64,000 nt of DNA. It comes from Octopus sinensis. Its lineage: Eukaryota. Positions 12,371 to 23,713 of this stretch are shown here, one piece after another. Numbering within the stretch: the stretch's first letter is position 1; each line of letters opens with the position of its first letter. Made by a program: the position numbers and the translations under genes. The stretch is from positions 160,456,001-160,520,000 of the forward strand of contig NC_042998.1 in the NCBI RefSeq assembly GCF_006345805.1, written 5' to 3'. Below the pieces are notes generated by a model that was not told where the DNA came from, did not search any database, and worked only from the letters and a program-made list of their open reading frames with translations.

Positions 12371-13305
12371 ACAAAACAATCCTATCTGGATGACAGTATT
12401 TGTTAGTCTTTAAACATGTTTATGCATATTTTTCAAGTTGTTTTATTGTGAGTAAGAAAGGTAACTATTGAGGCATTTTTCAAGCCATTAATGACAATAA
12501 TAATCTTTTCTACTATAGGCATATGGCCTGAATTTGTGGGGAGGGGACTTATTTTATCAACCCTGAAAGTTTGACAATGAAAGGCAAAGTCAATTGTGGC
12601 AGTAATAATAATAATAATGGTTTCAAATTTTGGCACAAGGCCAGCAATTTCAGGAGAGGGGCTAAGTCAATTAGTTCAACCCCAGTACTCAGCTGGTACT
12701 TATTTTATCTTCAAAAGAATGAAAAGCAAATTTGACCCCAGAAGAATTTGAACTCTGCTTCACATGTCTGCCAGCTCCCTGCCTTAATGATATAATGATT
12801 TTAAATTTTTAGGAGAGAGGATAAGAGATGGTTGATATCATCAGCCTCAATCCTTGGCTGGGACTTTATTTTATTGATCCTGAAAGGATGAAAAGCAAAG
12901 CTGACCTTGTTGGGATTTGAACTCAGAATGTGAATAATCAGAGCAGATGTCACAGGGCAATTTTTCCAATGCTCTAAACATTCTGCCAGCTTGCCACTTA
13001 ATAACAATAATTCCTTCTAATTTTGGCACAAGGCCAGCAATTTTGAGGAGAGGGGGAAAGTCAAGTACATTGATCCCTGTATTTAACTGGTATTATATTT
13101 TACCAACACTCGAAGGATGAAAAGCAAAGTTGACTTTGGTAAGATTTGAACTCAGAATGTAAAGAACCAGAAGAATTGCCACTAAGCATTTTTATCCAAC
13201 ATATCAATGGTTCTGCCATTTCAATAATGGATAATATTAATTAATATGTCCTTCTAAGGTGGTGAACTGGCAGAATCCAGAATCATTACTGTGCCAGGTA
13301 AAATA

Positions 13306-13498
13306 CAGGGTGTCCACAAAAACACTCCCAGCTGCTTTTTGGATTTCCATGTGTTCATGTCAAAGATAGTAAGTCACCTGAAACTAAAAGAAAACATTAT
13401 TGTTAGGGAATCTGTGGAAACAATATTTATCAATATATTTGGATTACTTTAGATGTGATAGTGTCATTAAATAAGGGAGTGTTTTTGTGGACACCCTG
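13306..13498. mobile_element. 193-bp Tc1/mariner-type MITE nested in a SINE
   Basis: Perfect 24-bp TIR CAGGGTGTCCACAAAAACACTCCC with TA on both sides (13304-05, 13499-500). Flanks rejoin a plus-strand SINE (about 13255-13680). Confidence 0.93.
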
Positions 13499-14167
13499 TA
13501 TTTAGTGGCATTTTGTCTTGTCTTTATGTTTTGAGTTCAAATTCCATCAGGGTTGACTTCACCTTTCATCCTTTTGGAGTTGAAAAAATAAGTACCACTT
13601 GAATACTGGAGTCAGTGTAATTGACTTATCCCCACCTCTTCCGAAATTGCTAGCCATGTATCAAAATTTGAAATCAATAATATGTTCTTCTATGGAAAGT
13701 AAGACAGAATATATAGTGCTATTATCATCGAGGTAGTAAAATTGTGAATGAAAGTATGAGCATAGTTTTGATGCAAAAGGATTGAGTGGAGTGAGAAGAG
13801 GGAAACCAGTGGGAGGTGGTATGAGTAGTGTATAAGCCGTTTTTCAAGAGGAGGAGGATGTAGAGTATGAAGCAGGGTTTGTAGAAAAGACCAAAGTTTT
13901 TGACAGAGTCCAGGTCAGTTGAATTAGGAGTGATGTGATGCAGGCCAAGTGATGTGAAGTAGGAGATAAGGCAAGAAATGGACAAAAGGACATATAATAG
14001 CACAGACCAACATGAAAACCATGCAGTGTGGGAGGAGGTAAGGAATGGGAAATAGTTGAGGTGAGAGTGTTGGATCAAGCAAAGAATGTAAACAATGAGG
14101 AGTCTGCTAGGAGAGGTCAGGATTGTGCTGCCAGTGTTATTGTATATGCATTTCTTTGTCTATCTCT

Positions 14168-14219
<52 letters not shown>

Positions 14220-14225
<6 letters not shown>

Positions 14226-14460
14226 TTAATCCAAACGGGAAACAAAAAAACAAACAAGGACAATTACAGTATTATTATTAATAGGCGCTCAGGAAAGGAA
14301 GCAGGGAGGTATGACGTTTCGAGCGGAGCTCTTCGTCGGAAACATAAAGAAGGAAGAGAGAGGAAAGAAAGATCCCAGAGCGTGGGGCAACAGGGAAAGA
14401 GAAAAAGACGACTGGTGTTTACGAGTTGCACATGGTGAAAGGCGGATGTTTACGAAAACA
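14220..14460 (-). mobile_element. Penelope-like element terminal repeat (pLTR)-type sequence with minimal hammerhead motif
   Basis: Minus strand 14339-14313 reads CCGACGA-A-GAGC-UCC-GCUC-GAAA-C-GUC, the architecture of PLE-associated minimal type I hammerheads. Inserted in (TA)n. Confidence 0.7.
14313..14339 (-). ncRNA. Minimal type I hammerhead ribozyme motif (U4C core variant)
   Basis: Core CCGACGA..GAAA, 4-bp stem II, palindromic ACGU stem III, GUC cleavage triplet. Stem I is weak in this copy. Confidence 0.55.
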
Positions 14461-15049
14461 GAGCAAAGGGGTTTTTAAAGGCAAAAGAGTGGAGACAAGG
14501 TTGGTAACGCAACAGATGTGTGTGTATGTGTGAGTGTGTGCGTGTGCGTGTGTGTATGTGTGTGTGTGAGGCGAGATGAAAAAACAAAAAAATATATATG
14601 TGTGTGTTAGTGTGTGCGTCTGTGTGTAGGCGTGTGAGGTAGGGCGAGATAGTGGTCAGCTTAGCAGATAAAGGTCAGTAGTAAGAAAAGAAGGAAGGAG
14701 GAAGGGAGGGAGGGGAAGGGGGTGGGGGCGTATGTAGCGTGCCAGCGTGTGTTGAGTAGTAGTGTGTGTGTGTGTCCAGTGTCGTGGTGGTATAAATGGC
14801 GAGTAGATTGAATGTGTGTGAGAGTAATGTATATATTTAAGCAATGTGTGTAATGGTGCGCGCGTGTGTGTAACGAAAAAGGGGGGGGTTAGGAAAAGGA
14901 CTCCAGCTGAGGGGAAGATGGAAGAGTGGTCCCGCGGAGGCGGGCGTGGGAAAACCCAACGACACGCACGGTCCCAGGGACGGGCGGGAGGTCTTGTCGG
15001 TTCCAAGAGCGAGGTGCCTGCGGAGCGTATGCGTACGCGAACCGGCGCA

Positions 15050-16945
15050 AGCGCGTGCGTGCGCGAGCCTGCGAGTATGTGCATAAGTATGTATGTGTGT
15101 GGATGTGTGAGTGTGTCTGTGTGTATGTCCGGGTGGCAGTGTGTCCGATGAATGTATGTGAGTATGTGTGTATGTATGTGTGTGCATAGATGTATGTCCG
15201 TGTGTTGTGTGTGTGTGTGTGTGTATGTGTGTGATGTGTATGTATGTTGTGTATGTGCATGTGTGTGCGCGTACATACAGGTGTGTGAGTGAGTGTGTGT
15301 GTGTGTATGTATGTGTGAGTGTGTATGTATGTGTGTGTAGGATGCATGTATGTGTATGGGTGTATGTATGCGTGTGTGTATGTATGTATGTGTACGTGCG
15401 TGTGTGTGTGTGTATGCGTGTAGGGTGCGCGTGTGCATGCATGCATGCATGCATGTGCGTATGTGTGTGTGCATGTGTGTGGGTATATATGTATGTGCGT
15501 ATATGTGTGTGTGTGTGCGTACATGTGTGTGTGCGTACATGGTGTGTGTGTGTATGCATGTGTGTGTATGTGGTGTAGCGGTGTGTATAGGTGTAAATGT
15601 GTGTATGTATGGTGTGTCCGTGTATGTGTGTGTATGTATGTGTGTGTATGTAGGTGTGTGGGCGTGTGTATATGTGTGTGTATGTAGGTGTGTGGGCGTG
15701 TGTATATAGGTGTATGTGTGTATGTCTGGGTGTGTCCGTGCATGTTTGTGTGTGTGTGTGTATGCATGTGTATGTAGGTGTGTGTGTACGTGTGTATGTA
15801 TGTGTGTATGTGTGTGTATGCGTGCGTGTGTGTATGTAGGTGCGTGTGTATGTGTGTGGGAGTGTAGGTGTGTGTGTGCGTGTGCGTGTGCGTGTTTATG
15901 TTGGTGTGTGCGTATGTGAGTGTGAGTGTATGGGTGTTTGTCATGCATGTGTGTGCGCGTGCAGGTGAGTGTGTGTGTAAGTATGTGTGTGTGTATGTTT
16001 GTGTGAGTGTGTATGTGTGTATGTCTGTGTGTATGTATGTGCGTATAGGAGTATGTGGGTATGTGTGTGTGTATGTATATGGGTGTATGTATGTATGTGT
16101 GTGTGTGTGTGCGTGTGTATAAGTATATGTGTGTGTGCGTATGTGTGTATATGTGTATGTGTGTGTGTTTATGTATTGTGTATGTATGTGTGTAGGCGTG
16201 TGTGTGTAGATGTATGTATGTATGGGTGTGTGTCCGTGTGTGTTTGTGTGTGTGTGTAGGTAGATGTGTGTGTCTGAGTGAGGGTATGGCTGTGTAGGTG
16301 TGTGTGTGTATGAATGTAAGTGTGTGTGTATACAAGTGTAATGTATGTATGTAGGTGTGTGTGTGTATGTGTACGTGTGCGTGTGTATGTGTGTGTGTGT
16401 ATGCGTGTGAGTGTGAGTGTATGGGTGTATGTCTGTGTGTGTGTATGTCTGAAGTAGGTATGTATGTGTATGTGTGTGTGTGTGTGCAGGTATGTGTGTG
16501 TATGTGTGTGTGTGAGTAGGTGTGCGTGTATGTATGTGGGTAGGGATGCATGCGAGTGTGTGGGTATGTATGCATACATACGCACGCGCACATCCGAAGC
16601 AAGCCCACACACACGAAGCGCGCCCACGCACACAACGCACAAGCAGTACAACGCAAGCCCAAGGGGCCAACCAAGTCCCCAGCGTGCGCCAAGGCGCGCG
16701 AGCGCAAAGGCCCTCGAACGCCCTGCTACGCGGGAACCGAGGATCCATCAGCCAAAACCGGAAAGCAGAAAAGAGGGGGGGCTGCCTGGATGCAAAAAGG
16801 TGTATGTGTGTGTGCATTCAGTGTAAGGGTGTGCATGTGTAGGTATGTATGTATGTATGTGCCTACATGTATGTTTGCATGTGTGTGTGTGAAGTATGTA
16901 CGTGCGGTGTGTGTGTGTGAGTGTGTGTGTATGTATGTGCGTATG
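15050..16945. repeat. ~1.9-kb compound (GT/AT/GC)n alternating purine-pyrimidine tract
   Basis: Directly visible. It generates the spurious 683-aa and 642-aa His/Thr ORFs. Confidence 0.95.
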
Positions 16946-16947
16946 TA

Positions 16948-17324
16948 CACTACCGTCAGAAATTAATTAGCACCCTTGATTTGCTCTTCACTCAAGGTAT
17001 GTGCTGTCACCTAGTGGCCATATCTCGAACTATTGCTTTGTTGCGAGTTCACTGTTGCGCAGAACGATGACATAACTTTGTTTGCAGAGCAGTTTGAGAG
17101 TCTACAGCCTCATGATGTTGACATAGCAGTGCAACAAATTGGAGTGCGGATGCAGACAAATCTTCCTTTGTTTAATAGATATAGGTAGCGCCTCACAAGG
17201 ACCGAAATCACACCATACTAACTTTTCTCATCGCGTAAGACGTTTTGGACAGCTCATAGGTTAATTGATTTAACCTATTTAATGTAGAAATTTGAGAAGT
17301 GCTAATTAATTTCTGACGCAAGTG
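16948..17324. mobile_element. 377-bp Tc1-type non-autonomous element
   Basis: TA|CACTACCGTCAGAAATTAATTAGCAC ... GTGCTAATTAATTTCTGACGCAAGTG|TA: 26-bp TIR with 2 mismatches and TA TSD. Interior keeps many CpGs. Confidence 0.9.
17004..17020 (-). promoter_or_regulatory. CTCF-like motif inside the Tc1 element
   Basis: Minus strand TGGCCACTAGGTGACAG versus consensus CCASYAGRKGGCRS: one mismatch. Confidence 0.4.
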
Positions 17325-18919
17325 TATGTGTGTGTGTATGTGTGTATGTATGTCTGTGTGTGTTGTGTGTGGTGTGTAAGTATGTATGTGTGTGCGTATG
17401 TATGTATGTGTGTGTGTATGTGCATGTTGGTTTGTATGTTAGTGTGTGTTAGTATGTCTGTAAGTTGTGTGTGATTAAATGTGTGAATGTATGTACGTAG
17501 ATGGGTCTACGTATGGTGTGTGTTGAACAGGCGTGGGAGGTAGGTGGGTGGGTGGTGTGGGAGGTAGGTGGGTGGGTGGGTGCGTGTGGGAGGTAGGTGG
17601 GTGGGTGTGTGTGGGTGGTGTGGTCCACAAAAAAAAAAAAAACGGATCTCAAGAGGAGGGGGCTGTGTTAAGTCCGTGTGGGGTGGTAGTTTGTAGGGCG
17701 AAGATGTAGCGTTGCTCCAAGTGGAGCCTGGTGATTAATTTGCTTGAGACAGGTCAAAGTGCTCTGAATGAGGTCCTCTCTCAGTCAGCACTATCATTGT
17801 TAACTGCCAGTGAGGGAGTGCGATGTGAAGTAGACTTGGTTGCTATTTTTATTTTCAGCAAAAAAGTTGACCTTCATTTGATCATAGAAAGGAAGTAATT
17901 GTAATTGTTGAGGGATATGAAATTTTGAAAAGTCAAATGAAATCAATAATGATCAATGTTGAAACCAGTCTTAGAATAAATATGTAATTAAAATGTTAAT
18001 AGTTATTGTCGTTATTGAAACCCAGATCAATTCTGATTTAATAGAGAGGTAGTTGGCCAAATTATTAGGTGTATCCACAGATCTGTTGATAATTCAGCAA
18101 GAATTGGAAGAACATCTTGTTCATCCTCGAGAGAAGTGTGATGTGAACAATGCAAACTAATTCTATAAATTGTATTTACTTTAAATTCTTTTATTGGTTT
18201 CAGTCATTAGACAATGGTCATACTGGAGTACTACCTTCTGGGTTACAGCTAATTATGTTATCCCCAGTATTTTTTTTATTGTGTGTAAATTATTTTAACA
18301 GCTTCAGAAGGATGAAAATTAAGTGAACCTGGGTAAGATTTGAACACAGAATATAAAAGGATGTAACCTAGTATCATATGATATTTTGTCCCATACTCTG
18401 CCAGTTTGTCTATTTCCCTACCATATTCTTTTATTCTTTTACTAGTGTCAGTCTTTGATCTGTAACTACCCGAGGGCACCACCTACAAGTACTCTTAGTA
18501 TTTCATCTGTTACATATTTTCTCACTTTCTATTTATCAAATAACTAAATCTACCTTAAGTAAAAATGAACTTCTGGTTCTTTCTGCTTGACTTGTCAATT
18601 TCCACTCATATAATTGGTGGGATAATTGTTTGGTGAGTTAAATATACATGGTTTAAATTAATTCTAAGTAACTTTTGGATGCAGCTTGACTGAATGGCTA
18701 AGAAAACTACTTTACAATAACAAGGTTCTAAGTTCAGTTCCACTGCATGGCATCTTGAGCAAATATTTTTTATCATAGCCCTGGGTTAGCCCAAACCTTG
18801 TGTGTGGAACTGGATTGACAGAAACATTTGGAAAACATTTGGAAGGATTTGTGCTTATTATTCAAAAGCTCAGCCTAGTCACGCTGTGTCACATTGATTC
18901 CACCTGAGAATTACATAAA

Positions 18920-19141
18920 TCCTTTAGCATTCAAGCTATTTTGTTGATTGTAATGCTTATTTATTTACATTGTTTTGAATTTATTGTGCATTATCTTGAA
19001 ATTTCAAGATTCTGATTATGTGTTTGTTCATTTTCAGAGTAACATTGCAGGGTAGGTGAGAAAGTCTGGATCTAGGTGGTTTGGACATAAAATGGGTAGA
19101 ATATTTTATGTCAGATACTGCTGGTTTAAATGCTATTATGG
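18920..19141. mobile_element. piggyBac-type (TTAA) MITE, decayed copy
   Basis: Same internal sequence as the 42802 copy. Degenerate ends TCCTTTAGCATT..AATGCTATTATGG|TTAA. Confidence 0.75.
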
Positions 19142-21354
19142 TTAAGGTTTCACGTGTCTGAGTGACTTAATTCAAAGAATAGTTCATTCAGAATAAGTGA
19201 ACACTCATTGTTGAAACTAATGGAGATCCATCTTCATGTGCACATGCACACACACAATCACACACACACACACATGTATGTGCTTATACACACATATGAT
19301 GTGCTTCAACACTGTTACTGACTCCTAAATATTACTCCCAGAGCATGAGGTCAACCTGATGCTATAGGACAAAATACTTGCCTAAGATGTAGTTACACAG
19401 TGGAATCAAACCAAAAGCCATATTCTACCAGTTTGTTGAATACTTTTTTAACCACATAACCATGCTTGAGTCCATGAAAGAAACTTTTTTTATTTTAAAA
19501 ATAAAAAATTGATTTCAACATTATTTCATATAAATACACATTTGTAAGTATATGTAGTTACACAAAATGAGATCATACAGTGAGTGGTATGTATGAATAA
19601 TCTGTGTTGGAATATATAAATTCTGACATATATTTATTTTTAAAGAAAAATATAATTTTCCTATTGAAAGTGTAAAGTGATGGAGTATTTGGTTTAAAAT
19701 TGCAGTTTTTAGGTTTAAATTACAAATTAAGTTTGCATAGTTCTTTTTTTTTATATATTTTTTCATTTATTTTTAAATAATTTGACTAGGGAATTTTTTC
19801 TTTCATATATTTGTGGTAATAATATAACTTCTTGAACAAAAAAGTAAAACAGATAAATAAAAATCCAACAAAAATCAGAGACTGGGTTATAATAACTGTC
19901 TTTCTGTTTTCTATCATAAGATTATATCACTCATCCTATATCTGAGTGAAAAATAGTAAAATTGACTGTGATTCTCTAAGCTTCTTTGCTAATGAATTAA
20001 GAAGAAACTTGAGTTTTACCTACAGTATTCCTAAGGGGCTGCAAGAAAGATTCTTTAGTGAAACAAGTTTGGCATCTGTCACAAAGAAATGATGGAAGAT
20101 AAATGAATTCATTGAAGTAGAGAGGCTTCTGGGACCGACATCATATACAACTTAGGGACAGCTTTGGCATCATTGTCGAGGTGAAATACAGATCTCATTA
20201 TAGAAGAAGTGTGTATCACTAGCACTTTGGAAGCAGATCAACACTGAACATTGTGTATCGTGTTTAGATGCACTTGATGCTGATAATGATGGAAGTGGTA
20301 GTAGTGGTGGCAGTGAAGATGATGATGAGGCTGAGGATTGTGGTAGCAATAGCAACTGTAGCAGTGAAGTTTCTAAAAAGAAAAAAAGAAATACTGCTGT
20401 AGTTATGTGATGAAATTTATTTAGTGTGTTATTCAAATATTTTTCTGTTGCATGAATCAGAATTGTAATGTAGTAAAATTTGTTACTAAACTATTCAATT
20501 GCTCCAGTAGCTATTCTGTACAAATATTCTTGACCTTTAATGAGTGGAACCTTTTGCCACAGACAATTAAAACCAAATAATTCTGATAAGAACACAACTC
20601 ATAAGTTTTTTTTTTGTTGCTATTATTTTTATTGAATACTTTTTCTTAAGTTGTATTTATTTTGTTTAATTGAAATGTTCTATTAAAGTTATTATTGAAC
20701 GAATTAGTTACTATTATATTTTATACACCTTTCTCTCTCTCTCTCTTCTGGTTGCTAATAGTGGACATCTAGGACCCATCATAAGTAGTTATTTAGTCTG
20801 TTAAAATAGGAGCCATATCTCCTTTGAATCACATCTAAGATCTTAAACAAAGGAACAGCACTTTGTATAATATAAACCTTGATACATTTGTTTGAAAAGA
20901 AGAAAAAAAAATAAGATGTATCATCTTAGCTGGAATCTGTTCAATCAAAGCTAAACTTAATTTAAACAACAACAAATTTTTGATACTTATTTCCATCCCT
21001 ATTTATGTACATATACAGTTTACCTGTGCTCTTGTGCATTCTATTGTATTTCAGAACACCTTGGAGAAATTTTGGCAGTCAGTAGCAGTCTCGGTTATGT
21101 TTAGAAGAATTTTTTTCATTTTTTTTATTCTTATTTTTTTTTAGTCAAGAGAGATGAATAGTATCCATGACTTTTTAGTAGGCTTCTGAGACTGGTGGAT
21201 GGGAGGAAAGGAAGCATGTATTCCTAATACTTGGTCTAAATGAAGGCAATAGAGTGATGTCTGCTAAAGATGCTCAAGGTTTCAGGTGGTTGTATTAAAC
21301 TGGGCATTGGATTAAGCCTGCCACTTATATCATTCACTGTGAGATTTGAACTCA

Positions 21355-22065
21355 AAATATATGACAGGAGGTGGCAAGCTGGATAGTTGCACCAGGTTCC
21401 AGTCGTTTGTTTTGGCAAGGTTTCTACAGGTGGATGCCCTTCCTAATGCCAACCACTTTACAAAGTGTACTGGGTGATTTTTACATGTCACCAGCATGGG
21501 TGCTTTTTTTTACATGACATTAGTACAGGTGTCTTTTTAAGTGGCATCAGCATGGATACATTTTTACTTAGCACTGGCACAGGTGCTATTATTTCATGCC
21601 TGTAATTATTCATTGCAATTCATTTTGTGCATGATCTGAATAACCTAGTGTTCTTAATTCTTTATTGCTTATATGTTCCACTGATATCAGTATGAAATGC
21701 TTTGGCACAGACATGGCTATGTAGTAAGAAGTTTGCTTCCCCACCAAATGGTTGCAGGGTCAGTCCCACTGCATGGCACTTTGGGCAAGTGTTTCCTAAC
21801 TGATCAAATCCTTGTGAGTGGATTTGGTAGATGAAAACTGAAAGAAGCCCATTATATATATATCTATATGTATCATCATCATCATTTAACATCTACTTTC
21901 CATAATGGAATGGGCTGGACAGTGTGACAGGAGCTGGCAAGCCTGAGGACTGCACTATGCATCACTGTATGTTTTGGCATAGTTTTTACAGCAGGATGTC
22001 CTTCCTAACACCAACCACTCCTCAGAGTGGACTGAGTGCTTTTTACATGAAACCAGCACAGGCAA
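21355..22065 (-). mobile_element. Two RTE-type 3' tail fragments with an intervening plus-strand SINE head (about 21705-21855)
   Basis: GGATGCCCTTCCTAATGCCAACCAC at about 21431 and GGATGTCCTTCCTAACACCAACCAC at about 21994. (CAT)n tail at about 21873. Confidence 0.75.
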
Positions 22066-22384
22066 GAGTTATAATCTAAGCTGTGTCCTCTTGAAGTACA
22101 TCTGCATTTATCTGTAATCCAAAATGGAAAATGTAACATATGTAATGGGTAATGAATAATGTCAAAATAAGTGCCAGGCTTAAAGAAAAAGTAAATACTG
22201 GGTTTGGTTCATTTTTTGAGTAAAATTCTTCAAGACAGTGCCCCAACTTGGCCACAGTCTAATGTCTGAAACAAGTAAAAGCTAAAAGCTGAAAGATAAC
22301 TGTCATTGGATTACATTTTGCATTATATATGACTCAATGTCTGTCTATCATCAGTAAAAGCCCTGGTCAACTCCTGGTCAACAT

Positions 22385-22718
22385 GAAGGTGCATGGCTCA
22401 GTGGTTAGAGTGTTGGTCTCACAATCATGAAGTTGTGAGTTCGATTCCCTAACTGGGCTGTGTGTTGTGTTCTTGAGCAAGACACTTTATTTCACATTGC
22501 TCCTGTTCAACTGTAGAATTGTGTTGCAACGTCACTGGTACCAAGTTGTATTGACCTCTGCCTTTCCCTTGGATAACATTAGTGGCATGGAGAGGGGTGC
22601 TGGTATGCATGGGCAACTGCTGGTCTTTCATAAACAACCTTGCCAGACTTGTGCCTTGGAGGGGAACTTTCTAGGTGCAATGTCATGGTCATTCATGATC
22701 AAAGGGGGTGTCTTTACA
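22385..22718 (+). mobile_element. tRNA-derived SINE (third family); partial inverted copies at about 23500-23610 and 54940-55170
   Basis: TGGCTCAGTGGTTAG (A box), GAGTTCGATTCCC (B box), TTCTTGAGCAAGACACTT central motif, 3' GGAACTTTCTAGGTGCAAT..GGGGGT. Confidence 0.8.
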
Positions 22719-23624
22719 ACTCCTTCCATTTATATTGCACCCACCTTCTGCTACTTGATCTCAACACAATACCACTTAATTACATAGATCTCAACATTTT
22801 TTCAATATACCTAAATAAACCTTCTCCCTTCAGTTTTTGTCTACTTACTCTGTCATTTTGTGAAAGTACTTTTAACACACTGGTCAACTTCAAGCTAGTA
22901 TTTATGCTACAACACATCAGCAAGAAAACTGCTGTGCTTTGCTCGACTTGCTAGAAACAGCAGTCAAATCTCCCTCAAATCACACTGTCATTTTATATAA
23001 GGAAAGAACACTTGAGATATTGTACTCTTACGTACCCCTAAAAAGAAGAATTAATCATGGTTGGAATGCCTGTTATTATAGGTCTGTTCAGGCTAGATTG
23101 ATCTGAGGATAAACAACAGTATGATTGCCCTTATACTGATACATTTACTATATTTCATACTAATACTGATGTTACACTTAACGCACATATTCAGAATCAC
23201 TTTATTTTTATTTGCACTGTGCTGCATACACACACACAGTGAGCTTCTTTCAGTTTCTGTGTAACAAATACATTCACAGAGGTTTGGTTGGCCTGGCTTT
23301 TTATTAGCCGACATTTGCCCAAAGTCCTGCACAATGTGACTGAACTCAAAATCATGGGGTTTTAAAGCAAACTTCTTAACCACATGGCCATGCCTATATA
23401 TATACGTGTGTGTGTGTGTGTGTACATACATATATATATATATATATTGTGTGACAGCTGGAGATAGGGCTGATACTCATGTTCAGCAGAAAAGACCAGA
23501 GAAATATGAAATTAAGTACCATGCTCAAGGACATAACATTCCACCCTGTCCAGGAATTGAACCCTTGACCTTATGATCATGAGCACAACATCCTAACCAC
23601 TAGACTGCACACACATGCACACGC

Positions 23625-23713
<89 letters not shown>

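Larger units (their letters stand above)
10590..13220 (-). mobile_element. Cluster of about 7 co-oriented copies of a tRNA-type SINE with (ATT)n tail
   Basis: Repeated motif GCACAAGGCCAG..GACCCCAGT..GGTACTTATTT..GAAAGGATGAAAGGCAAAG..GAATTTGAACTCAGAA at about 10600, 10820, 11670, 12500, 12615, 12800 and 13015, most preceded by AAT repeats. Confidence 0.88.

Noticed and set aside
10590-13220. Regularly recurring motifs separated by variable sequence, superficially CRISPR-like
   Set aside because: Units are 100-230-bp diverged SINE copies in a eukaryotic context; no short identical repeats with unique spacers and no cas genes.
13720-14100. Pyrimidine-rich minus-strand ORF possibly derived from a CR1/L2 LINE (similar stretches at about 28400-28600, 43100-43190, 57280-57440)
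   Set aside because: Motif similarity too weak to assign by eye.
14656-16817. 683-aa and 642-aa ORFs and overlapping Cys/Val ORFs
   Set aside because: Translations of (CA)/(GT) microsatellite with no stop codons by composition; no domain content.
18565-18632. MNFWFFLLDLSISTHIIGGIIV followed by a GTGAGT donor
   Set aside because: Hydrophobic peptides arise readily from T-rich sequence; no other support.
20030-20400. Acidic/Ser-rich frames and a CxxC-containing stretch (CDRCQTCFTKESFL) suggesting a zinc finger
   Set aside because: Degenerate trinucleotide repeat with stops in all frames; the two His ligands of a C2H2 finger are absent.
22385-22460. tRNA-like sequence (also at about 3520-3588 and other SINE heads)
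   Set aside because: A/B boxes are present, but the sequence runs into SINE bodies and lacks a proper acceptor stem; these are SINE heads, not tRNA genes.
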